Part shown: in pieces, positions 40,151 through 47,116 of the stretch | Numbering within the stretch: position 1 is the stretch's first letter | Layout: the number at the start of each line of letters is the position of its first letter | Sequence record: LC373201.2 | Strand: one strand, 5' to 3' | DNA: 64,000 bases | Source: Enterobacter phage EspM4VN | Made by a program: the position numbers and the translations under genes | Notes under the pieces: generated by a model | What the model saw: the letters and a program-made list of their open reading frames with translations, nothing else | Told to the model about the DNA's origin: nothing | Databases searched by the model: none

Positions 40151-40720
40151 TCAGCCTTTGAAGTTGATCGGTTTCTGAACCCCAGCGTCAAACGCGGCCT
40201 GGGTACGGGTATCGCTCACCACCTGACAGGTCTTATCAAGATCGATGCGCGGGTAGCCAAACATGCCAGCAATCAACGAACCAGGGAACTGAGCCAGCTT
40301 GGTCTCGTACATCGCGCAGATGTCCAGCTTCTTGGTCTGGCTGATGCGGAATTCATCACGCCCAGAACTGATCACCACCTGGATCTCTTTGTACAGGCTG
40401 GAATCAAACTGAATGTTCTGCTCCTGGATCCACTGCATGACAGCCTTGGAACCATCAGCGCCATAACGCCCTTCGAACGTACCTTTGATCACTTCCTTCA
40501 GGCCGTCTTTGTACATGTCAGGAATCTGCGCCGTCTCCTGAACTTTGAGCGTGTAGTTGCTCAGGTAGTTCTCGGAGTCTTTGTTGAACTTCTTGACCTG
40601 CTGCTCAGTGCGGTTGAAGTCGTTGAAGTAGCTGATGACAGTGCCGATGCCGACAACAACAGCAGCCAGTAAAGCCAAACCAACGATCCAACCTGTTGCA
40701 ATACCCTTAGATTGAGACAT
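40151..40720 (-). CDS. LemA-family membrane protein
   Basis: N-terminal TM helix, then the LemA-like core, ending in FPGSLIAGMFGY (LemA FPxNxxAxxFGF motif). Confidence 0.55.
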   Translation of the reverse strand: MSQSKGIATGWIVGLALLAAVVVGIGTVISYFNDFNRTEQQVKKFNKDSENYLSNYTLKVQETAQIPDMYKDGLKEVIKGTFEGRYGADGSKAVMQWIQEQNIQFDSSLYKEIQVVISSGRDEFRISQTKKLDICAMYETKLAQFPGSLIAGMFGYPRIDLDKTCQVVSDTRTQAAFDAGVQKPINFKG

Positions 40721-40739
40721 TCTTTACTTCCTCTTTTGA

Positions 40740-41855
40740 TTAAAAATTAAACGGATAACGACGACGGCCACCATTGTACTCCATTCGCTGCAATATGAAA
40801 ATTGCGGTGAACGGCAGACAGCCCAGCAGAACAACAATCACAACTTCCCAGGTCTTGAGTTCCCGCCACTTCAGGTACTCCATTTCCTTCATCTCAACCC
40901 GGTTGTAACCTTTGGTGATGTTGGCAACAACGTCTGCCATGACGCCGATACCCATATCATGCCCGGTCAGGTCCATACCGTTGCGGGAGTGGAGTTCACG
41001 GTTGTGCATACCATCAGCGAACGAAGTGCTCTTACCCCAATTGATCTTCAGGTCTTTGCTGATATCGGTCACGACGATAACGTCGTTCTTTTTACCGCCA
41101 TCCCAAGCATAGACCAAGCCCTGGAAGTATTCAACTGGCTGACCGGAAGTCACAACCCAGACGATATTCACCTGCTTGGCTGCGCCCAGCTTCTTCAGGA
41201 CATCGTTCAGATAGTCGTTCCAGTATGTGGTCGGCAACGCCAGACCAGACACGTTCAGGACACGAGTGACACGATAATAGTCATAGACTTCAGGATACTT
41301 CGGAATCTTGTCTTTGAAGCGCTCGGCAAACTGCTGGTCTGAGCGAGAGAACAGAGAGTCCTTGTTGCCCAGCACATAGTTCATGTAGGAATGCTCACGG
41401 GCTGCGGGTTCGCCGATCTGAACCTGCGCCCAGCGCGGCGGCTGACCAAGACCACGGCGGTCGATACGGTCGATTGTCAGGTTGCCAACAGTCGTCAGCA
41501 CATCCCAATCCACGTCGTATGAATGCTCATAGCAGGTACTACAATGGCGGGTACGGGTGCAGGACTTGCTGCTACCGGAGCCGGAGCATGATGTGGTGTA
41601 ATAGCAGTTGCATTGATACGAGTGCTCACAGCTTACCTTATTCCGCTCCTTTGCAGTGACGTACCCGTTCAGGATCTCAACATCCCCTGAACTGCCGAGG
41701 GAGAACGCCGCATAAGCCCCGGCCTGAATCAGACATGACAACACCACTACAATCGCCGTTGCGCCCAAGGTCTCTTTCGGCTCATGGGTCTTGCGGTGGT
41801 AGACCACAAACAGGATGGCCAGTATCAATGGCACACCAAACAGGAGGTAGATCAT
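40740..41855 (-). CDS. two-TM membrane protein with Cys-rich module and C-terminal TPM-like (DUF477) domain
   Basis: N- and C-terminal TM helices; CEHSYQCNCYYTTSCSGSGSSKSCTRTRHCSTCYEHSY cluster; KNDVIVVTDISKDLKINWGKS resembles the TPM motif nGVLLLVaxxDRkvRIevGyG; start overlaps the LemA-side neighbour. Confidence 0.4.
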   Translation of the reverse strand: MIYLLFGVPLILAILFVVYHRKTHEPKETLGATAIVVVLSCLIQAGAYAAFSLGSSGDVEILNGYVTAKERNKVSCEHSYQCNCYYTTSCSGSGSSKSCTRTRHCSTCYEHSYDVDWDVLTTVGNLTIDRIDRRGLGQPPRWAQVQIGEPAAREHSYMNYVLGNKDSLFSRSDQQFAERFKDKIPKYPEVYDYYRVTRVLNVSGLALPTTYWNDYLNDVLKKLGAAKQVNIVWVVTSGQPVEYFQGLVYAWDGGKKNDVIVVTDISKDLKINWGKSTSFADGMHNRELHSRNGMDLTGHDMGIGVMADVVANITKGYNRVEMKEMEYLKWRELKTWEVVIVVLLGCLPFTAIFILQRMEYNGGRRRYPFNF

Positions 41856-42328
41856 AACACACCGTCCACGAGTTGAGCCTTGGACATCCCAAGGAGTTGA
41901 TTTCTGTGGGCAGTATGCGCTCCATTTCTTTTCAACAACACCCAGCGTTCATCATGATATTTGGGATCCAGGGCTTCATCAAAAGAAACATGATGAGTAA
42001 ACATAATCGCAGCTACTGAATGAAGAACATGTGCCGTAGCCCTTTTCAAAGCGCGATCACTAACGATCTGATCTTCATATTCAAGACCCATGAGATCCAG
42101 TTCTTTGAAAATATATGCAAAGGACAATTCACCCTGAGAATACATACGAACAATGGCATCCTTTTTAGGATGAAGAGTACCATCTGTTTCTTTCATGAAC
42201 AGATCATACAGATACTGCTTGTATTCAGACTTTGTCATCTTGTACGCCCTCCAACACAGATGATGTTCAGTTCGCCACGGGCAAATCCACTCTTGCCGGA
42301 GGTTTTGTTGCCGTTCAGCATTTTCCAC
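41852..42328 (-). CDS. hypothetical protein
   Basis: 158-aa ORF. Confidence 0.35.
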   Translation of the reverse strand: MENAERQQNLRQEWICPWRTEHHLCWRAYKMTKSEYKQYLYDLFMKETDGTLHPKKDAIVRMYSQGELSFAYIFKELDLMGLEYEDQIVSDRALKRATAHVLHSVAAIMFTHHVSFDEALDPKYHDERWVLLKRNGAHTAHRNQLLGMSKAQLVDGVL

Positions 42329-42459
42329 AGTCCATCAGCGTCGCCCAATTTCGGCATCTGATACTCTACCACAGGGATCTTGCGATCTTCTTCGAGCATT
42401 ACAGACACCATAGATTCGATATCCAGGGAGTCCATATCTTCAATTCGTTGCATTGCCAT
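42235..42459 (-). CDS. hypothetical small protein
   Basis: 74-aa ORF. Confidence 0.3.
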   Translation of the reverse strand: MAMQRIEDMDSLDIESMVSVMLEEDRKIPVVEYQMPKLGDADGLWKMLNGNKTSGKSGFARGELNIICVGGRTR

Positions 42460-42470
42460 GATGTATTTCC

Positions 42471-42504
42471 TTGCAAAAGAAAGGGGAACGGGCTAATATT
42501 AACC
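42471..42504 (-). terminator. stem-loop terminator
   Basis: GGGGAACGGG-ctaatattaa-CCCATTCCCC, one mismatch, T tract follows. Confidence 0.45.
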
Positions 42505-42540
42505 CATTCCCCTTTATTGAAGAACGCAATCGCAGTCAGA

Positions 42541-42708
42541 TTACTTTTTCTTCAGCTCGTCCAGTTTGGCTTCGATTTGTTCCAGGATGTCTTTACCCTT
42601 CTGAACAATCACTTCACCGTCTTGCGCGTGTTTGCGGAAGACCAGAGCACCAGCGATGAAGCCGACAACCACACCAGGAAGTGTATACACCAACAGATCT
42701 TGTAACAT
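42541..42708 (-). CDS. 55-aa single-TM membrane peptide
   Basis: MLQDLLVYTLPGVVVGFIAGALVF... then an amphipathic tail; below the ORF-track size cut-off. Confidence 0.3.
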   Translation of the reverse strand: MLQDLLVYTLPGVVVGFIAGALVFRKHAQDGEVIVQKGKDILEQIEAKLDELKKK

Positions 42709-42744
42709 GATAATATCCTCACTTTATAGGCGAGGATATTTATA

Positions 42745-43980
42745 TCAGCGTTTCAAGAGTGCCATGAGGTTGACGCTGTTGGACTTCGGCTTTTCCTCAA
42801 CCTTGCGTACAGGCATCTTCAGGTTTGTACAGACCTCGGATGGTTCCCAGCGCGTACCCTTTTGCAGGTGCCAAATGTGTAGAGGGATACCAGTCTCAAA
42901 GAACACAGGCATCTTCCACTTCTGGACGCCTGGAACGTGCCCTGCAGGAGCCTTTTCGCACAACAGGGTATCTGGTAGCCAGAGTGATCGGGCTTCCCAG
43001 AGCGCTGCACAGGAGTACTCCGGCCAGATGCGTTCCATGTAGTCGATCTCATCCCAGGTACGCTCGGCATCCCACCCAATGTAACGGGTGTTCTTCTCGC
43101 GGAAGAACTTCTTCAGCCAACAGGCACCTGAGGTCTCAAAGTTCAGGCGGTTGATGAACGTCAGATGCCCGAACTCAGCCACGCAATCCTGGAACGCCTG
43201 TTCAAGGTCGGCCTCAAGGATATCACACTCTTCATCCGTGATAGGACAACCGTTGATCTTTTTCTTCCCGTGCTTAGTCACCCAGTCGTCACGGTTGGAC
43301 AAGAACGCCGCGCCGTTGCGGTTGGACTCACTACCATCGCGGTCACGCAGCATGAAACCGGGGACGTCGATATCCCACATGTTACCGAAGACCATGTTCA
43401 AGGCTTCCAGGAAGTTCCAGGCGCTCAGGCGGCCGAAGTATTTCCAGGACATCGCCGTTTCCCACAACTTAGTGAACTGGTCGCCTTGGGGCTTGGTCTC
43501 CAACATCGGTCGGAATGCTTCCATCTGGGAGCGCCCAGCCAGCCAGTCGATGTAAGACTGAACACATGGAATCATCTTGGACTTGCGGTAGCGGCAGTCG
43601 GTATCGAAGCGCATGCGATCAAAGTTCAGGTTGTACCAATCAGAGAAGCGCTGCATCTCTTCCTTAGACTGAGGAGGCACAGGGAACTCACTGTAGATCG
43701 TCCATGGACCGATGGCGTTATAGCAGCAGCCCCAAAGGAACGACATCCAGATCTTGCGCTCGACCTTCTCAAGCTGTGTGATGCCTTCAGTGACTTCGAT
43801 GGCATAGTCCATCAGACGCATCTGCTGGTTGTGCTCTTCGGTGTAGGACAGCGCCTCCACCCAAGCCTTGAGCAGGTACATGCGATTCTCAGGCTTGCGA
43901 TAGTCAACAGCCAGGTCAATCGGGTACTTCCATTCAGCCGGAGGCGTATAGCCCGTCGGCATTTTAGATAGATGGGTCAT
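42745..43980 (-). CDS. uncharacterised 411-aa enzyme; candidate DNA base-modification transferase
   Basis: Large, Trp/Cys-rich; sits with a P-loop kinase and a 5'-nucleotidase downstream of DNA polymerase, where T4 has hydroxymethylase and glucosyltransferase; no motif confirmed by eye. Confidence 0.3.
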   Translation of the reverse strand: MTHLSKMPTGYTPPAEWKYPIDLAVDYRKPENRMYLLKAWVEALSYTEEHNQQMRLMDYAIEVTEGITQLEKVERKIWMSFLWGCCYNAIGPWTIYSEFPVPPQSKEEMQRFSDWYNLNFDRMRFDTDCRYRKSKMIPCVQSYIDWLAGRSQMEAFRPMLETKPQGDQFTKLWETAMSWKYFGRLSAWNFLEALNMVFGNMWDIDVPGFMLRDRDGSESNRNGAAFLSNRDDWVTKHGKKKINGCPITDEECDILEADLEQAFQDCVAEFGHLTFINRLNFETSGACWLKKFFREKNTRYIGWDAERTWDEIDYMERIWPEYSCAALWEARSLWLPDTLLCEKAPAGHVPGVQKWKMPVFFETGIPLHIWHLQKGTRWEPSEVCTNLKMPVRKVEEKPKSNSVNLMALLKR

Positions 43981-44162
43981 CCGAGTTTACTCCCGAGTTC
44001 AACACGGAACGCCAGATAGAATAAAGTGGCGATCGATACAGGACAAATCACCAGGAAGGGGCGCTGCTCAACCCCTTCAGTCACCATGACGCCGACGAGC
44101 GATACCGTGAAGATAACGAACATCAGCATCATAAAGATAAAATCAACCGACCTGATCTTCAT
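43977..44162 (-). CDS. small membrane protein
   Basis: 61 aa, two hydrophobic helices. Confidence 0.3.
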   Translation of the reverse strand: MKIRSVDFIFMMLMFVIFTVSLVGVMVTEGVEQRPFLVICPVSIATLFYLAFRVELGSKLG

Positions 44163-44219
44163 CTTTCGCTTCCTCTTCAGGAGCCGCAGCTTCAGGAGCC
44201 AGCTGGATATCTTCCGGCT

Positions 44220-44651
44220 TCACGAACCCATCGGGCGCTCCCACATATCGATGAAGCGGCGGTCGGCGGTCACAAACCAAAGACGGGCTGCAGTGTGGGT
44301 CTTACCCGAGATGAACATCTGGGCATTCGTCTGGGTGCGGAACGGAGCCGCCTGCAACCACTTACCGAAGTCTTTGGACGACGGGTTGGCATTCAGCTGG
44401 AACTGAGGGATGACGCGGTTCTCTTCAGGAATCAGGCGCACAGCAGTAATGTGCTTGGCGTTTCCGGTGTAGTCAATTGCGACAGCCACAGCATCGCGAG
44501 GGATTTGAATTTTCATTTTGGTTCCTTGAATATTTTGTAACCAGCAGCGCCGATAGACATCACCGCGCCAATACAGTACATCACAGTCACGTTCAACTTC
44601 TCTGAGGTTGTTAAGTCCAGAGGAGTGAAATGATAGGCCAGGCCAGCGCAC
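44220..44651 (-). CDS. hypothetical protein
   Basis: ORF of 143 aa; an internal start at MKIQIPRD is plausible. Confidence 0.3.
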   Translation of the reverse strand: MRWPGLSFHSSGLNNLREVERDCDVLYWRGDVYRRCWLQNIQGTKMKIQIPRDAVAVAIDYTGNAKHITAVRLIPEENRVIPQFQLNANPSSKDFGKWLQAAPFRTQTNAQMFISGKTHTAARLWFVTADRRFIDMWERPMGS

Positions 44652-44716
44652 ATTGAAACGGCTGCCATAATCAGGCCGATGAACAACAGATAATTAGACA
44701 ACCGTTTCATGATCAC
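44513..44716 (-). CDS. small membrane protein
   Basis: 67 aa, two TM helices. Confidence 0.3.
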   Translation of the reverse strand: MIMKRLSNYLLFIGLIMAAVSMCAGLAYHFTPLDLTTSEKLNVTVMYCIGAVMSIGAAGYKIFKEPK

Positions 44717-45627
44717 CCCTTCTTCATCAGGTCAAGGAGAGAGCGCGACGCTGCCTTCGGTGCTTCTGGCTCGGCACTCGCCTTGGTTTTAGTTTTGGAT
44801 GCCTTCTGCGGCTTCTCAGGCACTCTGTGCGCCAAAGGATCCTGCCCACCGACCTCACGGGTCATTGGGTTGGTCTCACAGAAAGCATAGAAGTCTTTGC
44901 TGTAAAACCCATACGCTCGAGTTTCGTCCAATTGATGGTGGATAGCATTACCAACCACCCACAAAGGAGCATCGAACGGAAGGATAGCCACTTCTGAATT
45001 TGTCGGTGATTTGAACTCCTGGGTGTTGGTTTCCGGCGCTTTGTACAGAATGTCCTGCCCGCTGTAATTGTCTACCACAGGGGTGAAGCCCAGCGCCAGC
45101 ATTTCGGCCTTCGACTTCTCAAACTCCTTGGAGTAAGATTCGTTGCGTGACCAGCCAGAGTCCCCTGCTTCCTTACCAGAGCGCCCACGGATACGCGCAT
45201 CGTACTGGTAGCGGTCAGGGTATGCAAAGTACAGCAGCGCCAGAGATTCAATCGGATAGTTCTTGAACATCCATTCAGGACGCCATTTGTCCGACAACAT
45301 GAGGGGTTCACCCTCACAGACCAGGGTATACCCCTGAGCCAGCCAGCCTTTGACCAGATCACGAGCGATGTCACCGGATCCTGTGGCGGCATGAACGCCG
45401 TCCATAGAAGTCCATGAAGCCAGACCGGACTTGTTGGACACAGTGTACTGGCCGACGAAGATTAACTTCAGCTCTTCGAATTTCAGGCCAAACGGGCGCG
45501 TCTTGTCGCCGATAGTGTAGGTCAGTTCGGTAGGCTCCAGCTTCGTACGGAGCCATTCGATGAACTGTACGACACGAGTGCCTTTACCCGTGCCGGAGGT
45601 TCCTTTGATTACGATGATCTTTGCCAT
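44713..45627 (-). CDS. P-loop kinase (nucleotide or polynucleotide 5'-kinase family; candidate modified-base DNA kinase)
   Basis: Walker A GTSGTGKGT at the N-terminus; 304 aa; Lys/Ala/Pro-rich C-terminal tail. Confidence 0.5.
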   Translation of the reverse strand: MAKIIVIKGTSGTGKGTRVVQFIEWLRTKLEPTELTYTIGDKTRPFGLKFEELKLIFVGQYTVSNKSGLASWTSMDGVHAATGSGDIARDLVKGWLAQGYTLVCEGEPLMLSDKWRPEWMFKNYPIESLALLYFAYPDRYQYDARIRGRSGKEAGDSGWSRNESYSKEFEKSKAEMLALGFTPVVDNYSGQDILYKAPETNTQEFKSPTNSEVAILPFDAPLWVVGNAIHHQLDETRAYGFYSKDFYAFCETNPMTREVGGQDPLAHRVPEKPQKASKTKTKASAEPEAPKAASRSLLDLMKKG

Positions 45628-45932
45628 TATACAGCATCCTCAATACGCCAGCTCACGCCGCCCATCCAAGGTGCCCAGAATACAGCAACCTGCAGACGAC
45701 CGTTTTCTTCAAACTTCACTTTATACTGGTCGTCGAAGTTATAGAAGATTTCATCCGCTTCAGAGCGCTGACCGATCTCCACCAGTACGTCATGGAGAGC
45801 CTTGGCTGCGCCGATAGGAGTCGGAGTCTCCTGGCGACGAATGAAGTTGTTCACATGGATAATCACTCCATCCATATCACTATCACCAGAGCGTTTGTCT
45901 GGGGTTTCCCCGAACTTATTCTGTTCTTGCAC
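45627..45932 (-). CDS. hypothetical protein
   Basis: 101-aa ORF. Confidence 0.3.
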   Translation of the reverse strand: MQEQNKFGETPDKRSGDSDMDGVIIHVNNFIRRQETPTPIGAAKALHDVLVEIGQRSEADEIFYNFDDQYKVKFEENGRLQVAVFWAPWMGGVSWRIEDAV

Positions 45933-45941
45933 GATGTCCTC

Positions 45942-46700
45942 CTATCGGACGTATTGATAATGACCAATCAAGCGGTTCACCACTTCAACAATATTGTGAT
46001 TCAGGAAGTCGAAGTGGTTCTGGCCTTCTACTGGTTTAATATAAAGCATATCTTCCGAGTTCGAAAGATCCAGTTTTTCATAATTGCCCTGAGGAACAAA
46101 GATGACGAAGATGTTGTTCAGGCCGCATGGCTCGACATACTTCGGATTGTCATCAATCAGGACATCGCCAGCCAGCAGGTGCTTTTCGTCGGTGCTGACA
46201 AACCCGTTGAAGATGCCTGGGAACTTGTCGTAGACAAACTGGCGCTTGCTGCGCTCGTGTTCCGGCTCGCACTTAGACACTGCGATGAATTCAACATTGT
46301 CAAAGTCTTCGAGCAGAATCTTCTTCAGATTCACTAAGAACTCGTAAGCACCAGGGAGCGGGTTCATCTTGGCATACAGGTCAGGGCGACGCCACCAGTC
46401 CATAGGATCGTTACCGCTCGGCACACGTTGTTTGTGCAGCCCCAATTGGACTTCACGGTACAGCCACGCCGGATGCGCACGTTCGCGCATCAGGATAGCC
46501 AGGTCGCCAGCATGGGCCATATAGCACTCTTTGGTGATCGGCTGGAATGGCGCTGGTCCATGACCGTCATAGTGCTTGGACACGCTGAGGTTGTCTTCGT
46601 TGAACCACTGTACCCAAGGGAGAGGCTATCAACCAGCGTCAGGTCAACATCCACGAGGACGCGATACAGACCACCGACCTTTGATTTCATATCATAGAGG
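45942..46700 (-). CDS. HAD-family 5'(3')-deoxyribonucleotidase-like protein, frame interrupted near 46630-46640
   Basis: MKSKVGGLYRVLVDVDLTLVDS (DxDxT) in one frame continues as LPWVQWFNEDNL...GHGPAPF in the next; junction ctcccttggg. Confidence 0.5.
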
Positions 46701-46713
46701 CAGACCAGGTTGT

Positions 46714-47055
46714 TCATTTGTCTTCCTCAACTTTGTCATAGCCTGTAGCAACACACTGTTCTTCTGTGCAATCAGCGTACAGAACAACAGACGCCTGCTT
46801 CACATAGGTGGTGCAGTGGTAGGTTTCGTCTTCCTGGATGGAATCGTCATAGTTGCAGACAGTCTGCAGGGGACCAGGAGTGGTGTTTTCCAGAGCCGCA
46901 TGAGCCTTGATGGTGTCTTCCATCTTAGACGTGGCCTGCTCATTAGTGAACGTCGGCGCGTCGAGGTCAACGGTAGACGCAACGTCCAGTAAGGTGGAGC
47001 ATGCGGTGGTAGAGAAAGCCAGAGCACACACCAGAAGAATCTTATTGAGTTTCAT
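46714..47055 (-). CDS. lipoprotein (signal peptide plus lipobox)
   Basis: MKLNKILLVCALAFSTTAC; occupies the immunity/superinfection-exclusion position next to the DNA polymerase gene. Confidence 0.4.
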   Translation of the reverse strand: MKLNKILLVCALAFSTTACSTLLDVASTVDLDAPTFTNEQATSKMEDTIKAHAALENTTPGPLQTVCNYDDSIQEDETYHCTTYVKQASVVLYADCTEEQCVATGYDKVEEDK

Positions 47056-47116
47056 TTCAATCACCTGTTTGTCAAAGGATAACAGGGGGAATTATATCCC
47101 CCTTTGGTTTATTGAA

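Noticed and set aside
40037-40672. 211-aa plus-strand ORF
   Set aside because: It lies antisense across the LemA gene, has no RBS, and has low-complexity composition, so it is a shadow ORF
47065-47082. Hairpin GGGGGA-attata-TCCCCC between the DNA polymerase and lipoprotein genes, as a terminator
   Set aside because: The stem is clear, but the U tract is poor on the minus-strand side where both flanking genes lie. It may be an RNA processing or attenuation site rather than a terminator, so it is not listed as a feature
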